Part shown: positions 1 through 9,146 of the stretch, piece by piece
How the letters are laid out: every line of letters starts with the position of its first letter
How positions within the stretch are numbered: the first letter of the stretch is position 1
Origin: Myxococcota bacterium
GTDB lineage: Bacteria > Myxococcota_A > UBA9160 > UBA4427
NCBI GenBank assembly: GCA_039187915.1
Contig: JBCCZJ010000003.1
Span: forward strand, 1-36,067
Direction: 5' to 3'
Length of the DNA stretch: 36,067 nt
Notes under the pieces: generated by a model
The model's input: the letters and a program-made list of their open reading frames with translations, nothing else
What the model was told of the DNA's origin: nothing
The model's database searches: none
Translations under genes and position numbers: made by a program

Positions 1-53
1 CAGCGCGTGAAGAGGCCATCGCTTTCGGAGGCGGGGCGAGCGGTTTCGGTCAC
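1..53 (-). CDS. 5' end of a gene running off the left edge (MTETARPASESDGLFTR...)
   Basis: GTG at 53-51, preceded on the minus strand by an AAGGA Shine-Dalgarno; open to the window edge; product unknown. Confidence 0.35.
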   Translation of the reverse strand, partial: MTETARPASESDGLFTR

Positions 54-350
54 GGTGTCCTTCGTCGGTCGACGTTCCGTCGATACGGTATCGCCGCCCT
101 GCGGCGTGCGCCGCCTGCGCCTGCTCCGGCGACCTGCACCGCAGCTGCGTGCTCTCACGCCGCGGGACGGGCCCGAGGGATCCGTCGCATGACCGGGCGG
201 GTAACGACGCGGCCGGCGCGCAGCACTTCGTCTCCAGCCGTGGGGTCATGGCGTCGATCCGGGGAACGAACATCGACGGGGTCGAGGCCCGCAGCCGGCG
301 GCCGGCGTCGCGCGGCCCGTCCCCGATCCCCTTAAATGAAGGAGTCCGTC

Positions 351-1820
351 ATGACCCGACATGCGAGCACCCTCGCCACCGTCACGCTCTTCGGGCCGCT
401 CCTCGCGGCGAGCGTCGCCCCCGCCGCGACGATCTGCGTGTCCGCGCAGGGCGGTTCCTGCCAGACCACGATCCAGGCGGCGGTCGACGCCGCGCAGGCC
501 GGTGACGTGATCCGCCTCAAGCCGGGCCTCTATTTCGAGAACGTGACGATCCCGAGCGGCAAGGACGGTCTCGAGATCTCGGGGCCGCGGACCGCGATCC
601 TCGATGCCGGTGACGACCGCGACGGCGCGACGCCCGAGAACATGGGGCCCGCGCTCAGCGTGGCCTCGAACGGCGTCGCGATCCGGTCGATCACGATCCG
701 GAACGGGGAGGGCGCGGGCGTGCTCCTCGCCGACGGCGTGACGGGGACGCGCGTCGACCGCGTCCGGTTCTCTCACAACGGCGACTACGGCGTGCTGAGC
801 GCAGGGGTCGGCAACGACGATACGACCGTCCTGCGAAACGCCTTCATCGGGTTGGACAACACGGGGGCGACCGATCTCCTCGGCGATCGCATCACCTTCG
901 CGAGCAACGTCGTGCTCGGCGGAGACCGGCCCGTCACGATCGAGGGCGACGACCTCGTCTTCGAACGCAACCGCGTCGAGCTGAACGGAAACGACGGCGA
1001 CTGCATCGATCTCCGGGGAGATCGCGTGGAGGTCGTCTCGAATCACATCCTCGGCTGTGGCGGGGGATGGGGTCTCGATCTCGTCGGCAACGATGCGCTC
1101 GTGACGCGGAACCGCGTCGAGTACGTGCAGGATGGAATCGGCGTCTTCGGCACCCAGCCGACGGTCACGGACAATCGCCTGCTCTCGATCGAGGACGGGC
1201 CCGGGATCGAAGTCAATTGCAATACCGGCTGTGGGACGGCGCGGGTCGCGGGGAATCGGCTGGTGATGGGAATGGACGATGCGGAGGGTCTCGTGCTCCG
1301 CGCTGGGGCGCCGGGACTCCTCGTCGAGCGGAACCTCGTCGATCGCTTCACGGACCACGCCATCGAGCTTCTCACGACGGGCGCGACCGCGCGAAACAAT
1401 CGCGTCGTCGACTCGAGCGCCACCGAGTTCGACAGCTGCATCCGAGTCCAATCGGGCGTCGGGAACACGCTCGAACGCAATCGGCTCGACGGCTGCTCGG
1501 ACGGGATCGAAGTCAACTCTGCGGACAACGTCGTGCGGGACAACACGGCGGTCTGGGGATCGAAGGACGGCATCGACCTGACGGGGAACGCCGACGGCAC
1601 GACCGTGACGGGCAATCGTGCGTACTTCAACTCCGGCGTCGGCTTCGAGCTCACGGAAGGCGTCACCGGCGTCGTGATGGAACGCAACAGAGCGCGGGGC
1701 AACCACACGGACCTCTGCGACGACTCCTCCGGCACCACGACCTTCGTCGACAACGATTTCGAAACGACCTACGTGAACGTGACCGACGGCGCCGTCAACG
1801 ACTGCCCGGTCGGGTTCTGA
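351..1820 (+). CDS. Secreted right-handed parallel beta-helix (pectin lyase-like/NosD-type PbH1 repeat) protein
   Basis: GGAG RBS at 341-344; signal peptide ending VAPA-A; TIQAAVDAAQAGDVIRLKPGLYFENV N-cap typical of beta-helix proteins; many GI.. / V..N.. repeats. Confidence 0.85.
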   Translation: MTRHASTLATVTLFGPLLAASVAPAATICVSAQGGSCQTTIQAAVDAAQAGDVIRLKPGLYFENVTIPSGKDGLEISGPRTAILDAGDDRDGATPENMGPALSVASNGVAIRSITIRNGEGAGVLLADGVTGTRVDRVRFSHNGDYGVLSAGVGNDDTTVLRNAFIGLDNTGATDLLGDRITFASNVVLGGDRPVTIEGDDLVFERNRVELNGNDGDCIDLRGDRVEVVSNHILGCGGGWGLDLVGNDALVTRNRVEYVQDGIGVFGTQPTVTDNRLLSIEDGPGIEVNCNTGCGTARVAGNRLVMGMDDAEGLVLRAGAPGLLVERNLVDRFTDHAIELLTTGATARNNRVVDSSATEFDSCIRVQSGVGNTLERNRLDGCSDGIEVNSADNVVRDNTAVWGSKDGIDLTGNADGTTVTGNRAYFNSGVGFELTEGVTGVVMERNRARGNHTDLCDDSSGTTTFVDNDFETTYVNVTDGAVNDCPVGF

Positions 1821-1824
1821 TCGG

Positions 1825-2886
1825 ATGGGTCTTGGCTCGATCCGGCGCGCCGTCGGCGCGATGGCGTTCACCGGTCTCGTCTTCTGTCTCGTGACCGGAA
1901 GCGGAGACCCGATCGTGCGCGGCGGAGATCGCGCGACGGATTCGTCTCGGAGCCCCCTGGCCGGGGCGGCGTCCCCCGCATCGCCGAAACGTCTCGAGAC
2001 GTCGCGCAGCGCCCCCGCGGCGAGGGCGGAGGCGGGGCACCACCCGCGCCCGCTTCGAAAGGGTGAAGTCCGGATTCGCGTGGAGGGAGATCGCGTCTCC
2101 ATCGAAGCGGTATCCGTCGCGCGTTCGGCCCTGCTCTCGCGGCTTTCGGACCGGCTCGACTTCACGGTCGAGGATCGTGCGGCGGCGGATCCGGTGCTCT
2201 CGATCGCGCTGCCGCCGGCGCCGATCGAGTCGGTCCTCGCGACGCTCCTCGCGCAGGCATCCTATCGCCTCGACTACGGACCCGTCGGAACGCGCGACGG
2301 CGACGACCGGATTCGTGCGAGGCTCGAACGCCTGGCGCTGCTCGGAGCGGAGGATGCCCTGCCGGGCGGCGCCGGTCCGGCGCCGATTCGAGACTCGAAG
2401 TCGGGCGAAGCGCGCGGGGAGACGCGTCGCATCGCGCCGCCGGGTCCCGTCGACGAGGTCGCGCGCGCCCGTGCCCTCGAAGCCCGTGCGGACCGCGAGC
2501 GGGCCCGTCATGCGGAAGCGCTCGAAGCGCTCGAGTCTCCGGACGCGCGCGTCCGGGCCGACGCGGCGCTCGCCCTCGAGGTCGACGACGCCGGCGACCG
2601 CGATCGATTGGCGGCGCTCCTGCTCGAGGATCCCGATGCGGGGGTCCGGCAGGAAGCGGCGTTCCAGCTGGGATTCGGCCCGCCCGAAGAGGTCGCGCCC
2701 CTGTTGGAGCGCGCGCTCCTGGACACGGACGCGGGCGTCGTCCTGATGGGGGTCGCTTCGATCGCCTTCGTCGAGTCGACGTCGGCCCTGCCGAGCCTGC
2801 GCGCGCTCTCCGCCCACGCCGATCCCCTCGTTCGGGAGAAGGCCTCGCGGGCCGCCGCCGTGCTGTCCGCGATCGCCGACGAATAG
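1825..2886 (+). CDS. Membrane-anchored HEAT-repeat protein with a secretin/TonB N-terminal (STN/N0)-like domain
   Basis: N-terminal hydrophobic helix; VSIEAVSVARSALLSRLSDRLDF...PIESVLATLL resembles STN; C-terminal PBS-lyase HEAT repeats (PDARVRADAALAL, DPDAGVRQEAAFQLG, ADPLVREKA). Confidence 0.7.
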   Translation: MGLGSIRRAVGAMAFTGLVFCLVTGSGDPIVRGGDRATDSSRSPLAGAASPASPKRLETSRSAPAARAEAGHHPRPLRKGEVRIRVEGDRVSIEAVSVARSALLSRLSDRLDFTVEDRAAADPVLSIALPPAPIESVLATLLAQASYRLDYGPVGTRDGDDRIRARLERLALLGAEDALPGGAGPAPIRDSKSGEARGETRRIAPPGPVDEVARARALEARADRERARHAEALEALESPDARVRADAALALEVDDAGDRDRLAALLLEDPDAGVRQEAAFQLGFGPPEEVAPLLERALLDTDAGVVLMGVASIAFVESTSALPSLRALSAHADPLVREKASRAAAVLSAIADE

Positions 2887-3063
2887 GCGCCGACGCGGAT
2901 CGCGTGCCGCGCGCGGTGCGCCTATCTTCGCGAGCGCTTCCGGTCGTTCGCTCGGCATGCGAGGGCTCGACCGGGCGTGACGTTCGACTGCGCCGGCCCG
3001 AGGCCGCGGGCTTCGGGCGTCTCCCCGAACCGGCCGGCTCGAAGCGGCGATCAGAGAGACATC

Positions 3064-4155
3064 ATGCCCGTCACCCTCGACGAGTTCCCGATCCACCAGG
3101 GTCCGGAATCGATGAAGCATTTCCTGACCAGCGATCGCAACGTCTACGACCGCTGCATCATGCACGCCGTCGACCGGAGCGGGGAAGTCCAGCTCGCCGC
3201 GGGGCTCGGCGTGTACCCGGGCGTCGGCGTGATCGACGGCTACGTGGCGATCCGTCAGGGTCGCCGGCTGACGTCGCTTCGCACCTCGGGCTCCCTCTCC
3301 GACGACCGCATGGTCCAGCGCGTCGGTCCGCTCGAGATCGACGTCGCCGAGGCGCTGCAGACGGTCTCGTTCCGCTGCGACGATCCGGGCAGCGGGATCG
3401 AGGTCGACCTCACCTGGGAAGCCGCCGTCCCGGCGACCGACGAACCCCGTCACCTGATGCGTCAGGGCGACACCCTGATCCTCGACGCCTTCCGCTTCGT
3501 TCAGCAGGCGGACGTCGCGGGTCGGGTTCGCGTCGACGATCGATCGATCGAGGCGACCGACTGGGTGGGTGCGCGGGATCGCTCGTGGGGCGTGCGCCCG
3601 GTCGGCGACGCGACGAGCCCGAAGCGTCCGTTCGGCGACCACGCCATGTGGTGGTGCTGGATCCCGCTTCGCTTCGACGACTTCTCGCTCATGTTCGTGC
3701 TCGAAGAACAGCCCGACGGAATGCGCACGATCAATCACGCGATCCGCGTCCGACCCGACGGTCGAGTCGATCAGCTCGGTTGGCCGGAGGTCGAGATCGA
3801 GTATGCGCCGGGCACGCGCTATCCGGTCCGTGCGCGGCTCGGGGTGAAGGAGCGCGGGGGCAAGGCGCTCGAGCTCGACGTCGAGCCGCTCGGCCCGATG
3901 CCGCTCAGCGTCGGGCTCGGTTACGGACCCGACGACGACGGCTGGAACCACGGACGTTGGATGGGCGAGAAGTGGGTAGAACGGGTCGACCACGACCTCG
4001 ACGCCGAGGCCACGAAGGAGCGCGTCGCCTGGAGCATGATCGACCATGCTGCGCGGGCGTCCTTCGACGGGCAGACCGGCTACGGCATCTTCGAGCATCT
4101 CTGCATCGGCCGTCACGACCCCTCGGGCTTTCCGGACCTGATGACGATGGCGTGA
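3064..4155 (+). CDS. Conserved hypothetical protein of an actinobacterial-type family (probable tocopherol-cyclase/AttH-like beta fold)
   Basis: Motifs LDEFPIHQ, SDRNVYDR, GLGVYPG and GARDRSWGVRPVG recalled from mycobacterial conserved proteins; strong GC3 bias; ATG at 3064 preferred over 2977. Confidence 0.65.
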   Translation: MPVTLDEFPIHQGPESMKHFLTSDRNVYDRCIMHAVDRSGEVQLAAGLGVYPGVGVIDGYVAIRQGRRLTSLRTSGSLSDDRMVQRVGPLEIDVAEALQTVSFRCDDPGSGIEVDLTWEAAVPATDEPRHLMRQGDTLILDAFRFVQQADVAGRVRVDDRSIEATDWVGARDRSWGVRPVGDATSPKRPFGDHAMWWCWIPLRFDDFSLMFVLEEQPDGMRTINHAIRVRPDGRVDQLGWPEVEIEYAPGTRYPVRARLGVKERGGKALELDVEPLGPMPLSVGLGYGPDDDGWNHGRWMGEKWVERVDHDLDAEATKERVAWSMIDHAARASFDGQTGYGIFEHLCIGRHDPSGFPDLMTMA

Positions 4156-4200
4156 GTCGTGCGCCCACGCGCGGCGCCGCCCTTCGGTCGATCGGCGTCG

Positions 4201-4214
4201 GATTGTCGACAATC
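4201..4214. promoter_or_regulatory. Perfect palindrome GATTGTCGACAATC, putative GntR (FadR/VanR-type) operator
   Basis: AT-rich 14-bp palindrome in GC-rich intergenic DNA ~250 bp upstream of the 4462 operon; fits the TNGT-Nx-ACNA GntR pattern. Confidence 0.5.
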
Positions 4215-4461
4215 GTGCGCCCTCCGCCCTCTCCTACTCGCGTCAGATCCGTCTCAGGGGCGACTCCCCCCATCGCGATCGTTCGTGCGACGGTGCGCGG
4301 TGCGCGTCGTTCATTAGTTCGTGCGCGCGCCTCGCATCCTTCGATCGAGCGGTTAGGCTCTTCCGGGTCCGCCGCCTACTGAACCCCGCCGCGGCCGGAC
4401 GTCTGCACGAAATCGCCGGTGCTCGCGCGTCCATCGCGCGTCCCCGAGGAAGGGTTGGGTC

Positions 4462-5385
4462 GTGGGTACAGAGTTCGAAGTCGCCGTCGACGATGCGAGC
4501 AAGTCGTTTCCGTCCATCCCGATCGCGTGGTCGTGGAATCTCCGGCCGCTGCTGGCCGAGGCGAGCGATGTCGACGGCGTCGGCTCGGATGCGGTGCGCG
4601 AAGCGGCGCGCGAGCGATGGCTGAAGCAGGGGACCGGCACGCTCGCGCACCCGCTGACGGGACACAATCTCGTCCTGCAGTACGCGCGCAACACCGAGCC
4701 GGTCATGACGACGATCTGCGGGCCCGGCGGCTACGACACCTGGCAGCACGGCGAGTCCGGCTCCGACGGTCGCGGTCGGGGGCTCTACATGGGCGCCGAG
4801 ATCACCTTCCATGCTCCGATGCCCGGAACCGCCTTCGGCGAGATCCGCCATCACCTCGACGGGATCTACGGCGTGAAGGGCAGCGCTTTCGTCCGGCACG
4901 TGAGCGAGCTCTGGAGCCAGGACGGGAAGACCCATTACCAGGACGTCGCGATCATGTGTCGCGTCGCCGGCATGGCGCCGGACGGCGTCGAGAAGCCGCC
5001 CAAGCATCCTGTCGTCGTGCCCGACCGGGATCCGGACTCCGTGATCGCTCACCAGCTCGCGGGCAAGCGACTCGTCTTCCGCTGGGCGTGTGCCTCGGAG
5101 GATCCGAACCTGCGCCACGTCGACGAGTCGGATCCGCGCGCCCACGGCCCGTGCGCGATCAGCATCGTCACCCACGACGTCCTGCGCGAGTTCGCCGACG
5201 ACGACGTCGCGCGCCTGCGCGGCATCCGGGTGCCGGCCTTCCTTCGCCCCTTCTACCAGGAAGACGACCTCGAGGTCTCGCTCTGGAAGGTGGACGACGA
5301 GACCGTCGTCGCGCGACTCGTGCGACCGAAGATCGAGGGCGCGGATCGCCACGTCTTCGATCTGGAGGTTCGCATCGCGGGCTGA
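4462..5385 (+). CDS. Divergent double hot-dog MaoC / (R)-enoyl-CoA hydratase-2-like protein
   Basis: SEDPNLRHVD...PRAHGPC corresponds to the hydratase-2 motif SGDxNPLHxD...PILHGLC; VPDRDPD linker; GTG start after AGGAAGG. Confidence 0.65.
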   Translation: MGTEFEVAVDDASKSFPSIPIAWSWNLRPLLAEASDVDGVGSDAVREAARERWLKQGTGTLAHPLTGHNLVLQYARNTEPVMTTICGPGGYDTWQHGESGSDGRGRGLYMGAEITFHAPMPGTAFGEIRHHLDGIYGVKGSAFVRHVSELWSQDGKTHYQDVAIMCRVAGMAPDGVEKPPKHPVVVPDRDPDSVIAHQLAGKRLVFRWACASEDPNLRHVDESDPRAHGPCAISIVTHDVLREFADDDVARLRGIRVPAFLRPFYQEDDLEVSLWKVDDETVVARLVRPKIEGADRHVFDLEVRIAG

Positions 5386-5447
5386 TCGGACGGACGTGGC
5401 ATCCATGCGTGGCGCTCCGGCGCCCGCGGAATCTCCGGGAGGATCGA

Positions 5448-6761
5448 ATGGACATTCGGCAGGCGATGGCCCTGGAAGCCATCCAGAACTACTCGGCGGG
5501 GACCGTGCTGCTCGTGGGTACGCACGTGTTCAAAGGGCGGGTGAAGGTCAACCTCGAACGCACGCTGCACAGCGGCATCGAGATCGAGAACGTCCGTCAG
5601 GTCGACGGCTCCCGGCTGATCCTGCCCTTCGAGGACGACGAGGGCCAGCCGCGCCGCGCGAGTCTGATCAACGAGGCGACGGGCTACGGCGCGGACATCC
5701 CCGGTTCCAAGGTCAGCTGGCGGACGCTCGCCCTCGACTTCGAGAGCGACACCGCCGTCTCGATCATTCGCCGGCTCGCACGCAAGACGCGCTTCGACGC
5801 CCGGGTCACCAACCTGGCCGAGTCCCTCCAGGACCGTTTCGGTCTCTCGTACGAGCATCTCCAGAGCATCGATCCGCGAACCGTCGCGGTGAACTGCAGC
5901 TACGACGGCACGCGTCGCCTCGGGCTCCACCACACCGCGATCGCGCGCGCGGGCTACACGTACCAGCGCGCGCAGGACGGCCAGCCGAACCTGGGCGGCC
6001 CCTCCGTGATCGACCACTGGGCCGCCTGTCGCGCCGCGCTCTACGTCTCGACCGGCATCCGCATCGCGGAGAAGACGGGGATCGGTATCAAGTACGACGT
6101 GACGTTGCTCGGGATCGCCGTCGAAGGGCAGGGCTACATGGGCACGACGGCCTGGACGCAGCGCTTCAAGGAGATGATGGGCGGTGGGCCCTTCGATCGA
6201 CAGCCCTACGACCGGCATTGGTTCGTTCCGAGCTTCGGCAACTTCGAGTGCAAGCCCGAGGAGCGAACGCGCGAGGACGGGGCGACGGAGACGGTGCCGC
6301 AGTACGTGGTGATCGGTGCGGTCACGACCGCGGCCTCGAAGGCCCTCGGCAACGTGCTCGGTGCCGAACAGCTGGCCGAACACTGCACGGACTCGTGGGA
6401 GATGTTCCACCATCGCGACGAGATCGGCGCGTCGATCGAGGAGCGGACGAAGCAGATGACGCCGGACGAGGTGATCGAGCTGATCGGCAAGATCCCCGCT
6501 CAGAAGCACGTGCACCTCGAGGAAGTCGCCGACGACAAGCATCTCCGCGACCGGAACATGATCGCGCCGGTCATGGCCTCGGACGGGGAAGAGATGCTGG
6601 TCGCCAACTACGACGGGGCGGAGTTCGATCCGGCACCGGCGATGGCCCACGGCGAGCACACCGAGGAGCTGCTGCTCGAAGCGGGATACAGCCTCGACGA
6701 CATCGACACGATGGAGCGGGAGAAGATGGTCTTCTGCGCGACGCGTCGTGCGCGGGCCTGA
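5448..6761 (+). CDS. Divergent family III CoA-transferase (CaiB/BaiF-like)
   Basis: GGAGG RBS; RTLALDF (cf. KRSIxLDL); VTNL...DRFGLSYEHLQSIDPR (cf. VENF...RLGLGYExLxxxNPR); GPSVIDH with a candidate catalytic Asp; EKTGIG; C-terminal HGEHTEELLLEAGYS (cf. LGEHTxEVLxELGY). Confidence 0.75.
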   Translation: MDIRQAMALEAIQNYSAGTVLLVGTHVFKGRVKVNLERTLHSGIEIENVRQVDGSRLILPFEDDEGQPRRASLINEATGYGADIPGSKVSWRTLALDFESDTAVSIIRRLARKTRFDARVTNLAESLQDRFGLSYEHLQSIDPRTVAVNCSYDGTRRLGLHHTAIARAGYTYQRAQDGQPNLGGPSVIDHWAACRAALYVSTGIRIAEKTGIGIKYDVTLLGIAVEGQGYMGTTAWTQRFKEMMGGGPFDRQPYDRHWFVPSFGNFECKPEERTREDGATETVPQYVVIGAVTTAASKALGNVLGAEQLAEHCTDSWEMFHHRDEIGASIEERTKQMTPDEVIELIGKIPAQKHVHLEEVADDKHLRDRNMIAPVMASDGEEMLVANYDGAEFDPAPAMAHGEHTEELLLEAGYSLDDIDTMEREKMVFCATRRARA

Positions 6762-6779
6762 GGCCAGAGGAGGAGTTCG

Positions 6780-7679
6780 ATGAGTCTGCTGTCCCTCGGC
6801 GCTGCGACCGTCCGCGAAGTCTTCGAGCCGGCGTTTCTCTCGCCGGTCCGCTCCAACCAGCCCTACCGCGTCGTGTTCGACGCCTTCGAGCGCGACCGCA
6901 CGGCGTGTCTGCTCGTCACCCACCCCTCCACGGGCAAGCTCCAGGGCGTCTACACGGCGCGCGACGTGCTGCGAAAGCTCGCGGAGCATCCGATCCCGGG
7001 CGATGCGGACGCCCAGGTCCACGACTACATGCGCACGAATCCCGTCGCGCTGACCCTCGACGATCTGTTCATCGACGTGGGCAAGCTGATGGTCGGGAAG
7101 GGGTTTCGACACGTCCCGCTGATCCAGCCCGGCGATCCGCCCTACGACGACAACGGGATTCCGGTCGGCTTGGCGCGCCTCGAGATCTGGATGAAGGTCG
7201 CGTTCGACGCGCTCGGCGAGGCCGACCGCGAGGCGCTCTCGAAGGTCGGTCAGGCCGAGATCGTGACGAATCCCATGGTGACCGCCGACGAAGGCGACTC
7301 GGTGAAGAGCGCGCTCGACCGCATGCTGACCCGCAAGACGCCGGTCGGGGCCGTCGCGGTCACGCGCGGTGGCGCGCTCGTCGGCGTGCTCTCGGAGCAG
7401 GACCTCACGCTCGAAGTCGCGCGACGCATGATCGTCGACCTCGAGGACCGATGGGACGATCCGATCAAGCACTACGCTTCGAAGGAAGTCTTCTGGCTTC
7501 CGGAGAGCGCGACCGCGCTCGACATCCTCGACCTCATGATGGACCGCCGATTGGCCCGCGTCCCGATCGCGCGCGAGGGCGAGAACGGTCTCGAGGCGGT
7601 GAAGATGGTGAGCACGCGCAGGCTCCTGCCGCAGATCCTGAAGATCATGGAGCCCGGCTTCTCGCCACCCGGTCGCTAG
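6780..7679 (+). CDS. Tandem CBS-domain protein (two Bateman pairs)
   Basis: GGAGGAG RBS; GKLQGVYTARDVL, VHDYMRTNPV, GFRHVPLI, GALVGVLSEQDL and RRLARVPI are CBS hallmarks. Confidence 0.8.
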   Translation: MSLLSLGAATVREVFEPAFLSPVRSNQPYRVVFDAFERDRTACLLVTHPSTGKLQGVYTARDVLRKLAEHPIPGDADAQVHDYMRTNPVALTLDDLFIDVGKLMVGKGFRHVPLIQPGDPPYDDNGIPVGLARLEIWMKVAFDALGEADREALSKVGQAEIVTNPMVTADEGDSVKSALDRMLTRKTPVGAVAVTRGGALVGVLSEQDLTLEVARRMIVDLEDRWDDPIKHYASKEVFWLPESATALDILDLMMDRRLARVPIAREGENGLEAVKMVSTRRLLPQILKIMEPGFSPPGR

Positions 7680-8251
7680 CGCCGAGGATTCGAATCGCGC
7701 CGCGGCGGCGCGTCGCCCCCACGTCATCAAGGGGGGGCAGGACGGCTCGTCGGGGGCGCACGCCGTCTGCAAGCCGAGTGCAGCTTCCGTGCGGTCGTGC
7801 CCGCAACGACTCGCCTTTTTCGACCGTGGCGGGGGATCGGCTCGCACCGCCGACGCCGGCCGGTTCCGTTCGACGCGTCCGATTGTCCCGGATCCGGCGC
7901 GCATGAACCGGACGCCAGACGCGATTTGATGTGTATCATGCGGGCCGCGAGGTCTCCGATCCCGATCGGAACCGCGCGCCGGTTGTTCGTCCGACGTCGG
8001 CTCGTCCTCCATCGAGAGCGGGCTGGATCCGCGGACCGACGGCGGCGCGTTTCGCGCACGAGCGTTCCGGGTCGGATACGACCCGACCCGCTGCGGGTGT
8101 GGACGAGATCGGGGGATTCGATCGGCTGAATCCGGACACGTCGCCGACAGAGCAATCGCACGCCAACCGAAGACCCATGCTTCGGCCAGCCAGCGAAGAG
8201 AGCGCCGAACGCGATCCCGCGATCGGCATCCTGGGAAAGAGGATCAGAGTA

Positions 8252-8950
8252 ATGCTGAATCGGATGATGATTCGCACCAGCGCGATCGTGTTGATCGCGA
8301 TGGGGCTTTTGGCCAGTGGGACCGCATCGGCGGTCACGGTGCCGTTCACGGAGTCCTTCGACACCGGTACGGAGAACTGGACGGACGCGGGCGGCGGCCC
8401 GCTCACCTTCGTCGCGAGCGGCGGTGCGGACGGCGGCGGTTACGTCTCCACCACCTTCGACTACTCGACGTTCAACTCGCCCTTCGGTGGCGGGCCGATC
8501 CTGTTCCGCGGGACCGGAGCGGACAACCCGAGTGGCGGCGCCTTCATCGGTGACTGGATCGGCGACGGCGTCCTCTCGCTGACGGCCAACGTGCGTCACG
8601 ACTCTCCCGTGCCGCTGAACTTCTCGACGCGGCTCGCGCCTGCGCTGAACACGCCGGGAACGAACCTCATCTCCTTCGCGCCCGTTCCGGGTGGGGTCTG
8701 GACCGAGCTCACGTTCAACGTGACCGTCGCACCGGGCCTCTGCGTGTTCGAGCGCCCCGGCGGCTGCACGCTGGCGGGCTTCCAGGACGTCGTGAACCTC
8801 CAGTTCTCGACCACCGACCCCGACGGCGTCGGCCTGGTCACGCTCGACCTCGACGAGATCTCGCTGAACCCGATTCCGGAGCCCGGCACCGCGCTCCTGA
8901 TGGGGCTCGGCCTCCTGGGTCTCGGCCACGCGGGTCGACGCAACGCCTGA
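8252..8950 (+). CDS. PEP-CTERM sorting domain protein
   Basis: Signal peptide ending TASA; C-terminal IPEPGTALLMGLGLLGLGHAGRRNA (PEP motif, TM helix, basic tail). Confidence 0.9.
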   Translation: MLNRMMIRTSAIVLIAMGLLASGTASAVTVPFTESFDTGTENWTDAGGGPLTFVASGGADGGGYVSTTFDYSTFNSPFGGGPILFRGTGADNPSGGAFIGDWIGDGVLSLTANVRHDSPVPLNFSTRLAPALNTPGTNLISFAPVPGGVWTELTFNVTVAPGLCVFERPGGCTLAGFQDVVNLQFSTTDPDGVGLVTLDLDEISLNPIPEPGTALLMGLGLLGLGHAGRRNA

Positions 8951-9039
8951 GGAATCCCGCTTCCGGTTCGGCGCACGAGAGCGCGCCGACCGGACTCGGC
9001 TCCGCGACGGGCTCGGCCAGCATGGCCGGGCCCGTCGTC

Positions 9040-9102
9040 TTTTCGGGCCCCGGGTTCCTCGTCTCGGGCCCCGGGCGCCTGGTCTCGGGCCCCGGGTGCC
9101 TC
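9040..9102. repeat. Three tandem 21-bp units with core TCGGGCCCCGGG
   Basis: ttttcgggccccgggttcctc / gtctcgggccccgggcgcctg / gtctcgggccccgggtgcctc, between convergent genes. Confidence 0.8.
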
Positions 9103-9146
9103 GTCCGCTCGCGTTCGCCGCGTCTGCCGGCCTCGCGGCGGGCGGG

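Noticed and set aside
4419-5447. N-terminal 343 codons of the 780-aa ORF
   Set aside because: Overlaps the hydratase-like gene in another frame; the real start is the ATG at 5448 with a GGAGG RBS
9040-9102. CRISPR array
   Set aside because: Units are contiguous with no unique spacers, and no cas genes are present
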